Source: an uncultured cyanobacterium
Lineage (GTDB): Bacteria > Cyanobacteriota > Cyanobacteriia > Cyanobacteriales > CAWUOF01
DNA length: 64,000 nt
Reading direction: 5' to 3'
Assembly (NCBI GenBank): GCA_963744145.1
Contig: CAVUSO010000001.1
Location: forward strand, 4,000,001 to 4,064,000
Shown here in pieces: positions 19,416-29,365 of this stretch (positions within the stretch are counted from its first letter, which is position 1; each line of letters opens with the position of its first letter). The position numbers and the translations under genes were made by a program. The notes under the pieces are model-generated. The model was not told where the DNA came from. It saw nothing but the letters and a program-made list of their open reading frames with translations, and did not search any database.

Positions 19416-20069
19416 ATGAGCAATGCAATAGGAACGCCCTCACAGGTACTCGAACACTTAAATTGGCGATATGCCACCAAAAAATTCGACCCCACAAAAA
19501 AGATTCCTCCAGAAATTTGGAAGACCCTGGAAGACAGCTTAGTGCTTGCTCCTTCATCATTTGGGTTGCAGCCATGGAAATTTATCGTGGTGAGCAATCC
19601 AGAAATCCGTCAGCAGTTAGTACAACATTCTTGGGGACAAACACAGGTGGCGGATGCGTCCCATCTAGTAGTTTTAGCAATCCAAAAGGAGATTTCTGCG
19701 ACGGACGTAGACCGCTACATCCAACATATGTCTGTTGTCCGTCAGGTGGGAGTGGATGCTTTGCAGGGATTAGCCAAAACAATTAAGGGCTTCCTGAGTA
19801 ACCCGCCAATCCCTCTCAATGAGTGGGCAGCCCGACAAGTTTACATCGCGTTGGGACAGTTTATGACAGTTGCTGCCATGTTGGGAATAGACACTTGTCC
19901 GATGGAAGGATTTAATCCTGCCTTGTACAATGAATTGCTGGGGCTGACAGAAGCAGGATATTCGGCAGTAGTGCTTTGTCCTGCTGGCTATCGTGCGGCA
20001 GATGATAAGTATGCTGCTCTGCCCAAAGTGCGCTACTCAAACCAGGATGTGGTGCAGTACGTGCTTTGA
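19416..20069 (+). CDS. Nitroreductase family NAD(P)H-dependent oxidoreductase
   Basis: WRYATKKFD, LAPSSFGLQPWKF, DTCPMEGF. Confidence 0.92.
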   Translation: MSNAIGTPSQVLEHLNWRYATKKFDPTKKIPPEIWKTLEDSLVLAPSSFGLQPWKFIVVSNPEIRQQLVQHSWGQTQVADASHLVVLAIQKEISATDVDRYIQHMSVVRQVGVDALQGLAKTIKGFLSNPPIPLNEWAARQVYIALGQFMTVAAMLGIDTCPMEGFNPALYNELLGLTEAGYSAVVLCPAGYRAADDKYAALPKVRYSNQDVVQYVL

Positions 20070-20468
20070 TGGTAGCCCTCAATGCTGATCTTCCCACCGT
20101 CCCGATCAGCAAAATATAACGCTATCTGCTAAACACGCTTTCAAATCTGGACAACCAGTACATAAAGGGTCAAAATAGCCAGTCTCATTAGGGGCGCAAG
20201 AGTTCTTGCGCCCCTACTATGTTTGGTCAAGTATAAGATTTAGCCTATAGGATTAGGGCGATCGCACATACACATAGGCACTCGCGACCGATTAAAGCGT
20301 TACAACTTTTGGACTCTGGTCTGTGCAATTAGTCATGGTAAAGACAGTAACTATCAGCATCCTGCAACTCATTACTTTCTAGACTATTGCTGAGAGAATT
20401 AAAAACCTATGCTGTTAACAGATAGAAAACAGCAAACCAAAACACAAACAAAAAAGGAAGTCAAAAGT

Positions 20469-20777
20469 ATGCGTCTTACTAAATCTTTAGCCCTAGTTGG
20501 AATTGTTAGCTTAATGTTAGGTGGAATTGCCATCCCCGCTCGTGCAGATAGCTACTATCCAAATAATAATAGCTATAATCAACAACGTATTCAAGCAGAA
20601 CGTCAAGCAGAGCAACGGAGAATAGAAGCAGAGCGCCAAGCAGAGCAACGCAGAATAGAAGCACAACGTCATGCTGAAGAAGTACGCCGTGCCGAAGAAA
20701 TACGTCGCGCTGAAGAACTGCGTCATGCTGAAATAATCCAACCTGCACCAGTTTTATCTGTAGGTTTGCATTTATAA
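20469..20777 (+). CDS. Small secreted protein with AERQAEQRRIE repeats
   Basis: Signal peptide ending PARA, 11-aa charged repeats, AGGA upstream of ATG 20469. Confidence 0.65.
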   Translation: MRLTKSLALVGIVSLMLGGIAIPARADSYYPNNNSYNQQRIQAERQAEQRRIEAERQAEQRRIEAQRHAEEVRRAEEIRRAEELRHAEIIQPAPVLSVGLHL

Positions 20778-20856
20778 TATGCAAACAACTCACATTAACC
20801 AAAGTTCCTTGAGTTTATATTATTTGTAATTAGTTTTGTTGTCCCTGGGGTTATAT

Positions 20857-20885
20857 GCCTCACCATAATGGTGGGGCTTTTTGTT
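20857..20885 (+). terminator. Probable intrinsic terminator
   Basis: GCCTCACCAT-A-ATGGTGGGGC hairpin plus T run; near-identical hairpin at ~21730-21756. Confidence 0.6.
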
Positions 20886-20895
20886 GGAGTTAAAT

Positions 20896-21029
20896 CAATA
20901 CGGTTCGGTTAAGTGTAGGGGCGAAGCATTCGGGTGATAATTGAATGCTCAAACGAGTAATACTAGACCCGAATGCTTCGCCCAACTTCCGTCGATATCT
21001 CCCAAAATATTCTTAAACGAACCGTATTG
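20896..21029. repeat. MITE/REP-like palindromic repeat
   Basis: Terminal inverted repeats CAATACGGTTCGGTTAAG / CTTAAACGAACCGTATTG enclosing GTAGGGGCGAAGCATTCGGG...CCCGAATGCTTCGCCC. Confidence 0.8.
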
Positions 21030-21232
21030 GGAGTTAAATAATGCTCTAGATTTAATCACAGAGATTAGTATAAATAACTGTAACTTTGATCATCTCTTAA
21101 CTTATTACTTTAGAGACTATGAGAACAAGTTTTAAATAGCTATTCTGTAAACATGAAGAAAAAGAGCTAACTCAAAACGTTATTACTCTAACTTTAAAAC
21201 ACTATCAAAACTTGATCAGAAATTTCTCAATT

Positions 21233-21685
21233 ATGAAACTCAACGCATCTTTCTTATTACCTGGTCTAATCGCTTTAACTCTTGCTACTTCGACCGTAAT
21301 CGCTTCCTTTAGTCCAGCATCGGCAGCTCCTGCTCAAACAACAGAACATGGCAAACATGGCAAACGGGGCGAAAGATTTAAAAATCTCAACTTGACTGAT
21401 GCTCAAAAAGCTCAAGCAAAACAAATTCGTGAATTTAGTCGTACTCAAAGAGATGCTGTTTTTACTGCTGATCAAAAAGCTCAATTTAAAGCAGCAAGAG
21501 CTAACCATACCAAGCCTAATGTAACTCTTAGTGCTGACCAAAAAGCACAACTTAAAGCAATTCGCGCAAGTGCTAAATCTGAATTTGCGGCAATCTTAAC
21601 ACCTACACAACTACAACAACTACAAGCTAATCGCGCTCAATGGAGTCAAAATCATCCTAACGCTCGTTCAGGTCAATCTAACTAA
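21233..21685 (+). CDS. Spy/CpxP family periplasmic protein (LTxxQ motifs)
   Basis: Signal peptide; LNLTDAQK, FTADQK, LSADQK, LTPTQ. Confidence 0.8.
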   Translation: MKLNASFLLPGLIALTLATSTVIASFSPASAAPAQTTEHGKHGKRGERFKNLNLTDAQKAQAKQIREFSRTQRDAVFTADQKAQFKAARANHTKPNVTLSADQKAQLKAIRASAKSEFAAILTPTQLQQLQANRAQWSQNHPNARSGQSN

Positions 21686-21923
21686 ACCAGTAAATATTTA
21701 GGGTCTCCTATTTTCATCCTCGCTAATTTGCCTCACTGTAATGGTGGGGCATTTTCTTGTTGGGGACTTGGAGATCGCACAACTCTCACACCGAACCCAA
21801 CACAGAGAAGATTGGCGATCGCTCCTCAATTAAATCATGGTAATTTTCAAGTGATAGTGATCTAAAACACAGACAGCTAGAAAGTCCAAATGATAGCATA
21901 TAGGCAAAAAAGAGGGTAAAGAT

Positions 21924-22496
21924 ATGCAGAAAATAATACCATCAATCTTAACCATTAGTTTACTATTAACTGGATATTCGATTAAACCCGTTATGGCAGA
22001 AAAACCATACCAGATAGCTCAATCCGTGTGGGGTAAATTCACATCTAAAGAATATGGATTTAGTATATTAATGCCTGGAAAACCTATTTTTCTAAATCAA
22101 ACTATAAATGTCAAAGGTAAATCAATTGCTTTTCATATATTTTCAGCTTCTCAACATAACGATAGAGCCTCTTATGCAGTATTAGTTAGTGATACTCTTG
22201 GAGAAATTTCTGAAGATAAAAAATCTTATATATATGAAAGCATAACAGCAATGCTAAATAAGATTTCAGATGCTACTCTAATCAGCCAAAATGATCTAAA
22301 TATGAATGGATATAATGGACGTAGCTTTGAAATGCAATATACTAAGTATGGTGTAAAATTTATTGCTAAAGGAAATATTTTTATTATTAATAATAGGCTA
22401 TATGAAATCCTAGCTGACACTTCTAGTGATATTGCTACCAGTCTTACTGGTAGTACCCAAGGGTTTCTAGATTCTTTTGAATTAGTGAATCCTTAA
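21924..22496 (+). CDS. Secreted hypothetical protein
   Basis: Signal peptide; WGKFTSKEYGFSILMPGKP and FLDSFELV ends typical of a common cyanobacterial secreted family. Confidence 0.6.
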   Translation: MQKIIPSILTISLLLTGYSIKPVMAEKPYQIAQSVWGKFTSKEYGFSILMPGKPIFLNQTINVKGKSIAFHIFSASQHNDRASYAVLVSDTLGEISEDKKSYIYESITAMLNKISDATLISQNDLNMNGYNGRSFEMQYTKYGVKFIAKGNIFIINNRLYEILADTSSDIATSLTGSTQGFLDSFELVNP

Positions 22497-22657
22497 TCTT
22501 TGAAAGCGATCGCATTAATCCTAAGCTACGGGATTAATAAATTTTCAGCTCTACAATTGAGCTCTGGAAACTGTGAGGGAATATCGTGATCGCTAAAATA
22601 ACGAAATACAAAACTTAGGTTTCAACACCTGATCATTTTGTTATTGAAAACTACCGA

Positions 22658-23263
22658 CTAACCTTGTTGAACCATCCACACCAGAAATCCCAGGATTTGT
22701 TCGACCGGAGTCAGGGGATAATCGGTTAAATCGATCGTCACATTTTGCCCTTCTAACTTCATAAAACGCCACTGGGTTCCGCTGGTAATGCTACCATAAA
22801 TTACTGGAATTTGATTGTCTTTGGCTTGATTAAATTTCTGAGCAGCAACCATTTCAACCACACACTGTCCGATTCCGGTTTTCAGATCCGCTTTTTTAGC
22901 TTCTACAATCACAACTACCGGAGATTCAATTTCCAAAAGTTCCGGAGAGCGACTGATGATAAAATCGCAAATCCCATTAAGTCCAGCAGTTGGATCGACG
23001 GTAAATTCTTCTCCAGAGAAAAGACTAATTTGCCGATGCAAAATTTTCCTCACCTCTAGCAGAACTGGGCTAATAATTAATTCAGATCGGGCTTTTTCAC
23101 TACCAGTAGCAACTGCTAGAGGTAAGCTTTCTGCTAAAAAATCTGTCAAGGTTGCACTGGGAGCGATCGGCTCTACTTGGGGCAAAAATCGCCGATCTTC
23201 AATAGTTGTTAAGCCAAATGCTTGTTTAACTTTTCCAATTGTGGTAAATTCACTGTAGGACAT
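22658..23263 (-). CDS. Conserved cyanobacterial PD-(D/E)xK-like hypothetical protein
   Basis: SEKARSELIISPVL, GICDF, IVEAKK, GQC, ITSGTQWRF. Confidence 0.7.
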   Translation of the reverse strand: MSYSEFTTIGKVKQAFGLTTIEDRRFLPQVEPIAPSATLTDFLAESLPLAVATGSEKARSELIISPVLLEVRKILHRQISLFSGEEFTVDPTAGLNGICDFIISRSPELLEIESPVVVIVEAKKADLKTGIGQCVVEMVAAQKFNQAKDNQIPVIYGSITSGTQWRFMKLEGQNVTIDLTDYPLTPVEQILGFLVWMVQQG

Positions 23264-23385
23264 AGGTATTTAGCTTTTAGCTTAGTTAGCTGATCCTCTA
23301 TTATAGCGCGACTGGATCACTTCGCGATCGCTAATCTCCAAATTGATCGCGATCGCACTTTGCCTAACTTAATTAATAAAAAAAG

Positions 23386-24597
23386 TTAGCCAAAACTTTG
23401 CCCTGTTGCTACCATATCATAATGAATATTTGCTTGTTTCAACCGAGATAAAGCTTCAGATAGACGCGCTATATTTTCAATCAAACTGATCCGAACATAA
23501 CCTTCACCACCAATCCCAAAAGCATTACCAGGTGTTACTACTACACCAGTTTGTTGCAACACTAATAAAGCAAAATCTGTCGAACTATATCCAGGAGGAC
23601 ATTTAACCCACAGATACATAGTTGCTAGAGATTTTTCCATTTTCCAACCCAATTGAGTTAATCCTTGAATCAGAAAATCTCGACGTTCTTGATAACGCGC
23701 TTGTACTGCATTAACATAAATATCTGGTAATTGTAATGCTTTTTCTGCCGCAGTTTGAACTACACCAAATATCCCATAATCCAGATTAGTTTTTAAAGTT
23801 CGCAAATTTTGGATCACATGACGATTCCCCACCACAAATCCCACTCTCCACCCAGCCATATTGTAGGTTTTTGATAGAGTATGGAATTCTACCCCAATAT
23901 CTTTAGCTCCAGGAATTTCTAATAAACTGGTAGGTTCAAAACCATCAAAACTTAATTCTGCATAGCACAAATCATGAATCAGCAAGATCTCATATTTACG
24001 AGCAAAAGCAACTATTTCTTCAAAAAACTCGCGCGGTGCAACAGCTCCAGTTGGATTACTGGGGTAGTTGAAATAAAGCATTTTCGCTTGTTGAGCTATA
24101 TGATCCGGAATTGTAGTTAAATCAATTAACCATTTGTTTTCTGGTTTGAGCATCAAATTATAAATTGTCCCACCTGCGATCACTGGTCCACGAAAATGCG
24201 CTGGATAAGCAGGACTAGGCACTAAAATCAAGTCTCCTGGATTGATATAAGCTAAAGCTAGGTGAGTTAAACCTTCTTTAGATCCCAAAATCGGTAACGC
24301 TTCACTATCTGGATCGAGGTTAACTTGATAGCGTCGCATATACCAATTTGTAATAGCGCGACGAAAACTCGACTTTCCTTCAAACGCGGGATAACGATGA
24401 TTATCGGGATCTTGTAACGCTGCGATCGCTGCTTCGATGACGGGTTGGGGTGTTGGACGATCGGGATTACCCATCCCCAAATCAATTAAATCAAGTCCCT
24501 GTTCGCGAGCTTTTGCTTTCAGTTCGTCCAGACGAGCAAATACATAGGGAGGTAGTTTTTGCAGACGTTCCGCTGGACTAATCCAATTTAAAGTCAT
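23386..24597 (-). CDS. Class I PLP aminotransferase (aspartate / LL-diaminopimelate aminotransferase-like)
   Basis: DLGMGNPD, NYPSNPTG, FHTLSKTYNMAGWRVG. Confidence 0.9.
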   Translation of the reverse strand: MTLNWISPAERLQKLPPYVFARLDELKAKAREQGLDLIDLGMGNPDRPTPQPVIEAAIAALQDPDNHRYPAFEGKSSFRRAITNWYMRRYQVNLDPDSEALPILGSKEGLTHLALAYINPGDLILVPSPAYPAHFRGPVIAGGTIYNLMLKPENKWLIDLTTIPDHIAQQAKMLYFNYPSNPTGAVAPREFFEEIVAFARKYEILLIHDLCYAELSFDGFEPTSLLEIPGAKDIGVEFHTLSKTYNMAGWRVGFVVGNRHVIQNLRTLKTNLDYGIFGVVQTAAEKALQLPDIYVNAVQARYQERRDFLIQGLTQLGWKMEKSLATMYLWVKCPPGYSSTDFALLVLQQTGVVVTPGNAFGIGGEGYVRISLIENIARLSEALSRLKQANIHYDMVATGQSFG

Positions 24598-24660
24598 TAT
24601 AATGTAACGCTCTTATAATTAACAAAAAAACTTAACCGAGGTAGGTCAATAACTACATAG

Positions 24661-25818
24661 TCACATATTTTGATAGTTACGTGTAGTTTCTAGCGATATA
24701 GTAGTGGAAACCATTGCTGCCATTAACTGTTCTGGTACTACCTGAAATGGTAAGCGATGGATGTCTGAATTGGTCTGACAGGAAATTTCAGCAGCTTGAC
24801 GTAAGTCTTGGATCGTAATATTTTCTAATCCTAAAGCTGCTAAATTTTGGGGTAGACCAATTTCACTATAAAATTTTAACAGTTGTTGTCTGGCAGTAGC
24901 GGCTAATTGATTACCTGCGATCATTTCTTCTAAACGCAGTTGGACCAGAATGCCAAAAGCAACTTTTTCTCCATGTAAAGTACCATGACTGGCGATCAGA
25001 TGAGTTAAACCATTATGTACCGCATGAGCTGCAACGGTGCGACATTGAGCCCCACCCATCCCACCAATTATTCCAGCTAGTAAAACTGTAGCATCTACTA
25101 CTTGTTGCCAAGTTTCTCCACCTGGTGTTTCGATCGCTGCTACTGATTTTTGCAATAAAATATCTCGCAAAATTCTCGCTTGTTGAACAGCTGAGATCAT
25201 CAGAGTCTGTTCGGAATGACCACTACTGACGGAAGCTTCATACCATTTAGCTAGAGCATCTCCGATTCCTGCTACCAGAGTTCTTAATGGCGCTGTTTTG
25301 ATCAGATCATAGTCTAGCACTAACAAGTCTGGACATTTAGCTAGGCTAACATCATAAAGAAATGCACCTTGATCAGAATAAACATTAGATAGTGCTGTCC
25401 AAGCTGCACAAGTTGCGGCGGAAGTGGGAATAGTAATAATTGGTAAATTATTTTTGTGGGCAATGAGTTTAGCTGTATCTAGTGCTTTTCCACCACCAAT
25501 CCCGATAATTAAATCTGCTTGATGTGTAGTTACTGCGGTTTGTAGAGATCCCAGACTACTTTCGCTACAATCTGGACTATAGGAAGCTTGGCTGATTTGG
25601 AGCTGCTGTTGGGTTTGCAGTTGTTCGAGTTGGTTTTGGATCAGGGGAAGGGTATGATTTCCTCCAATTACTAAGGGACGGTTCCCTAGTTCCCCGATCG
25701 CTGCTCCGGATTGGGCTAGAATTTGACAACCTCGTAGCACTTTTCCTGGGGCAATACTTAAAGGTAATATGGCGATGTTGTTTTGGACTGATAAGCTAGA
25801 ACCTGGTTGATATGACAT
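24661..25818 (-). CDS. Iron-containing alcohol/glycerol dehydrogenase family
   Basis: GIGGGKALDTAK, AGIGDALAKWYEA, AAHAVHNGLT, LHGEKVAFG. Confidence 0.9.
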   Translation of the reverse strand: MSYQPGSSLSVQNNIAILPLSIAPGKVLRGCQILAQSGAAIGELGNRPLVIGGNHTLPLIQNQLEQLQTQQQLQISQASYSPDCSESSLGSLQTAVTTHQADLIIGIGGGKALDTAKLIAHKNNLPIITIPTSAATCAAWTALSNVYSDQGAFLYDVSLAKCPDLLVLDYDLIKTAPLRTLVAGIGDALAKWYEASVSSGHSEQTLMISAVQQARILRDILLQKSVAAIETPGGETWQQVVDATVLLAGIIGGMGGAQCRTVAAHAVHNGLTHLIASHGTLHGEKVAFGILVQLRLEEMIAGNQLAATARQQLLKFYSEIGLPQNLAALGLENITIQDLRQAAEISCQTNSDIHRLPFQVVPEQLMAAMVSTTISLETTRNYQNM

Positions 25819-25906
25819 TTTTTTAGACAGATTTATATTGACTTCTCTGGAGATGTCCGGTCTCCAATCAGAGATTTGCTATTATTACTTTTTGCACCTA
25901 TTTGCA

Positions 25907-26425
25907 TCAACTAGACGAGGTTGGTTTTGGTAATAAAGCTAATTTTTCTGGATAGATTTCGATCGCCATTTCTTCATCATTCTGAACTGTTAGCGATCGT
26001 CTGATTTCACCTAAAAATAATGGTTGGGAAACACCTGGTTCAGGATGGATAATTGTCCTAGCCCGAATTACCAGTTTACTCGTTCCCATCCGACCTGGAG
26101 AGAATAAATCACTAGCTGCTTGGAGCAAAGTTGCATTTAATTCTGACTCAGAAATTGTTGGTGCTACGGCAATTACTGTTTGGGCACCACCATTATCATA
26201 AACTCGGGTAAATTTGACTGCACCAGGAATAACTTCTCTGGTAAATAAACCTAAACTTAGGGCAAAAATTCCTGCTGTTAATACTCCCATAAACCCGGTT
26301 GCTCCGACTAGACGAAACCGGAAACTCCATTTTAATCCAAAAGCTAATATTGCGATCGCCGCACAAACTAAAGTCAATATTCCCGACCATTTACCAATCG
26401 AGATCAGCAGTTCAGGGGTTAACAT
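25907..26425 (-). CDS. ycf51: Ycf51 family membrane protein
   Basis: RFRLVGATGF, VYDNGG, follows the usual cyanobacterial neighbourhood with the dehydrogenase and aminotransferase. Confidence 0.8.
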   Translation of the reverse strand: MLTPELLISIGKWSGILTLVCAAIAILAFGLKWSFRFRLVGATGFMGVLTAGIFALSLGLFTREVIPGAVKFTRVYDNGGAQTVIAVAPTISESELNATLLQAASDLFSPGRMGTSKLVIRARTIIHPEPGVSQPLFLGEIRRSLTVQNDEEMAIEIYPEKLALLPKPTSSS

Positions 26426-26440
26426 AATTATTTCCAAATT

Positions 26441-26908
26441 TCAGGATTCAGTTTCATTCGATACAATACTCTGATCAGCAGATTCTATGGCAGCTTTTAA
26501 GGTATGCCAAGTTAGAGTAGCACATTTGATTCTAACTGGGAATTGAGACACCCCTTGCATGACGTTTAATTTTCGTAACTCATGGGGAAACTGGGCTTTA
26601 CCTTTCATCATCAGTTGAAATTGTTCTACTAGAGCTAATGCTTCTGCGATCGATTTACCTTGCATTGCTTCTGCCATTAAATCTGCTGATGCTATGGCGA
26701 TCGCGCATCCTGAACCTTCAAATTTCACATCTTCAATGCGATCGGCTGTGGGATTGAGCTTTAAGGTCAGTTCAATTGTATCCCCACAAGAAGGATTATG
26801 ACCAAGCTGATGTCTGTCCACCGGGTCAGTTTTCCCTCGATGACGGGGGGTTTTATATCTTTCTAAAATTACTTGCTGATAAAGATCGCGGAGATTGCCA
26901 AGGGTCAT
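26441..26908 (-). CDS. sufU: SUF-system NifU/SufU family Fe-S assembly protein
   Basis: LYQQVILE, HNPSCGD, GCAIAIASA, RIKCATLTWH; ATG at 26908 preferred. Confidence 0.88.
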   Translation of the reverse strand: MTLGNLRDLYQQVILERYKTPRHRGKTDPVDRHQLGHNPSCGDTIELTLKLNPTADRIEDVKFEGSGCAIAIASADLMAEAMQGKSIAEALALVEQFQLMMKGKAQFPHELRKLNVMQGVSQFPVRIKCATLTWHTLKAAIESADQSIVSNETES

Positions 26909-27000
26909 ATTACGATTCATCACATCTGAAATCTGATCGTAGCAGTTTTTTTGCCATGTAAAATCCCCTTGTTGTGAAAACAAGGGGATTAACAATATTG

Positions 27001-27187
27001 AGGCTGACCGAGACGCCGTTTTACCTCAGTTTTTGACCTGGAAAATCCAGGTGGGCACCATGCGTCTAGCTTAAAGTTTCCGGGTACAAGCCCGGTTTAC
27101 TGCTGCTAGAAATCTTGCGGTTCCCTTTAATAAGAAAACATAGATCATAAAACATTATTGGCAGTCACCAACGTCCCAGCAGTAGCC
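27001..27187 (-). ncRNA. ssrS: 6S RNA (cyanobacterial SsaA/6Sa)
   Basis: ~187 nt directly downstream of purK, the known cyanobacterial synteny; ends pair (GGCTACTGCTGGGACGTTG / CGGCGTCTCGGTCAGCC); internal CCGGGCTTGTACCCGG and CCTGGA..TCCAGG hairpins; ends approximate. Confidence 0.85.
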
Positions 27188-27222
27188 TGTATTTAGATGA
27201 TAACACAAAAAAATTTAAAATG

Positions 27223-28356
27223 TTATCTATACCAAATCGATTCTACAAGATTTGCGATCGCGATGGCTTTTTCTCGCTCTGGCTGATCTAATAATACAGT
27301 GACATGACCTAATTTCCGTCCCGGACGAGCTTCAGTTTTGCCATACCAATGAATATATGCTCCCCGGATCTGGCTAATTTGGTCTCGTTTACCCTGATAA
27401 TTATGGTGAGCATACTCATAACCCAGTAAATTTACCATGACTGCGCCCCCACACTTTAATCGGGGATTCCCTAAAGGTAAATGACCCACAGTTCGCAAAT
27501 GCTGTTCAAATTGGGAAGTTTCACAAGCATCTAAGGTAAAATGACCAGAATTATGAGTCCGAGGGGCAATTTCGTTGACTAATACTTGTCCATCTTGGCT
27601 CAAAAATAGCTCAATCCCAAAAATGCCTACAGCTTGTAAACTTGTTAATAAATGGTGAGCGATCGCTTCGATCTTTTCCACCACCGAGGTTTCCAGTTCA
27701 GCAGGAATGATCACTCTGTGACAAACCTGATTTTCTTGCTGAGTTTCTACCACTGGATACAAAACCACCTCTCCTGTAAACGAGCGAGCGGCAATTATGG
27801 CTAATTCTCGCTCAAAGGGGATAAATTCTTCGATTAATACCTGATTAAATCCTAATTTTTGGCAAATATTGACCAGTTCAGTCTGATTATGGATGATAAA
27901 AGTGCCCTGACCATCATAGCCGTAACGACGGGCTTTGACAACTAGGGGAAATCCCCAATTTAATCCTAATGAGGATAAATCACCTTGATCAACCAGAGTA
28001 GTAAATTGGGGTACAGGTAAACCATGATCCCGCAGATAACAGCGTTGAGTATATTTATCTAATAAATGGGACAATACGGTGAGATTAGGGACAAAGATAA
28101 TTCCTTGAGCAGCTAGTGGTGATAAAGATTCCAGGTTAACAAACTCATTTTCAAAAGTAATGACATCACAGCAAGTGGCTAATTGAGCAGTTGCGATCGC
28201 ATCATCAATGGGAGCAAAAATTGTTTCCGTTGCTATTTCTACTGCTGGATCGGTTGACTGGGGAGTCTGAATCACCAATTCGATCCCCAAAGACCGAGCA
28301 GCACTTCCCATCATCCAAGCTAGCTGTCCACCACCAATTACACCAACTCGTTTCAC
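27223..28356 (-). CDS. purK: N5-carboxyaminoimidazole ribonucleotide synthase
   Basis: GVIGGGQLA, GYDGQG, NEIAPRTHNSGH, RPGRKLGHVT. Confidence 0.96.
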   Translation of the reverse strand: MKRVGVIGGGQLAWMMGSAARSLGIELVIQTPQSTDPAVEIATETIFAPIDDAIATAQLATCCDVITFENEFVNLESLSPLAAQGIIFVPNLTVLSHLLDKYTQRCYLRDHGLPVPQFTTLVDQGDLSSLGLNWGFPLVVKARRYGYDGQGTFIIHNQTELVNICQKLGFNQVLIEEFIPFERELAIIAARSFTGEVVLYPVVETQQENQVCHRVIIPAELETSVVEKIEAIAHHLLTSLQAVGIFGIELFLSQDGQVLVNEIAPRTHNSGHFTLDACETSQFEQHLRTVGHLPLGNPRLKCGGAVMVNLLGYEYAHHNYQGKRDQISQIRGAYIHWYGKTEARPGRKLGHVTVLLDQPEREKAIAIANLVESIWYR

Positions 28357-28424
28357 TTTAACTGATTAACTCCGCTAAAATCGCAAACTACATTTTTTAT
28401 GCTATCCTAATAAAGTTGTCTAAT

Positions 28425-28520
28425 TTCGCACATCCAGGATTTCGGGTGTTTCAAATCTCCATTGTGTTGGTTTGAGATCCGCCTGGGTGGAGGATTAACC
28501 CGAATTAGGAGTTAAAAATT
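28425..28520 (+). promoter_or_regulatory. Structured rpsB 5' leader (possible S2 autoregulatory element)
   Basis: TTCGGG...CCCGAA pairing next to the AGGAG RBS; inferred from position. Confidence 0.4.
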
Positions 28521-29324
28521 ATGTCTGTTGTTTCTTTGGCTCAACTGCTCGAGTCAGGAGTTCACTTTGGTCACCAAACTAGACGGTGGAATCCAAAAAT
28601 GAACCCTTATATATTTACTGAGCGGAATGGTGTTCACATTATTGATTTGGTCCAGACAGCTCAGTTAATGGAAGAAGCATATTCATATATGCGTTCTGCT
28701 TCCGAGCAAGGGAAAAAATGTCTGTTTGTAGGAACTAAGCGTCAAGCTGCGGGAATTATTGCTCAAGAAGCAGTGCGCTGTGGTGCTTACTATGTTAACC
28801 AACGTTGGTTGGGTGGAATGCTCACCAACTGGACGACGATTAAAACTCGTGTCGAACGTCTCAAAGAACTCGAGCGTCGTGAAGATAATGGTGCGCTAGA
28901 TTTACTTCCGAAAAAAGAAGCTTCGGTGTTACGTCGCGAGATGACCAAGCTCCAAAAATATCTGGGTGGAATTAAATCGATGCGGAAAATTCCCGATATG
29001 GTAGTGATTGTAGACCAGCGGCGGGAATATAATGCAGTTCAAGAGTGCCAGAAGTTAGGAATTACGATCGTGTCCTTAGTGGATACTAACTGCGATCCCG
29101 ATTTGGTTGATATTCCGATTCCTGCTAATGATGACGCGATTCGGTCGATTAAGCTGATTGTTGGTAAGTTAGCTGATGCTCTGTATGAAGGTCGTCATGG
29201 TCAACCGGATGCGGAAATAGAGGAAGAATATGAAGATGAAGTTGTTGATGAGGAATTTGATTACAGCGATAGCGACTACACTGACTCGTTGATTCCTGAT
29301 GATGATGAGGATGCTGATGAGTAA
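28521..29324 (+). CDS. rpsB: 30S ribosomal protein S2
   Basis: [25 protein letters not shown], acidic tail. Confidence 0.98.
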   Translation: MSVVSLAQLLESGVHFGHQTRRWNPKMNPYIFTERNGVHIIDLVQTAQLMEEAYSYMRSASEQGKKCLFVGTKRQAAGIIAQEAVRCGAYYVNQRWLGGMLTNWTTIKTRVERLKELERREDNGALDLLPKKEASVLRREMTKLQKYLGGIKSMRKIPDMVVIVDQRREYNAVQECQKLGITIVSLVDTNCDPDLVDIPIPANDDAIRSIKLIVGKLADALYEGRHGQPDAEIEEEYEDEVVDEEFDYSDSDYTDSLIPDDDEDADE

Positions 29325-29365
29325 TTTAGTCTTAAGTGTGTCATTCAAACAAGGAAGAAGACATT

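Noticed and set aside
20941..21135. 64-aa ORF (also 58843-59100)
   Set aside because: Largely translation through REP-like repeats
26441..26908. sufU as a partner of the island desulfurase
   Set aside because: It lies 27 kb away among housekeeping genes; no sequence evidence for a link
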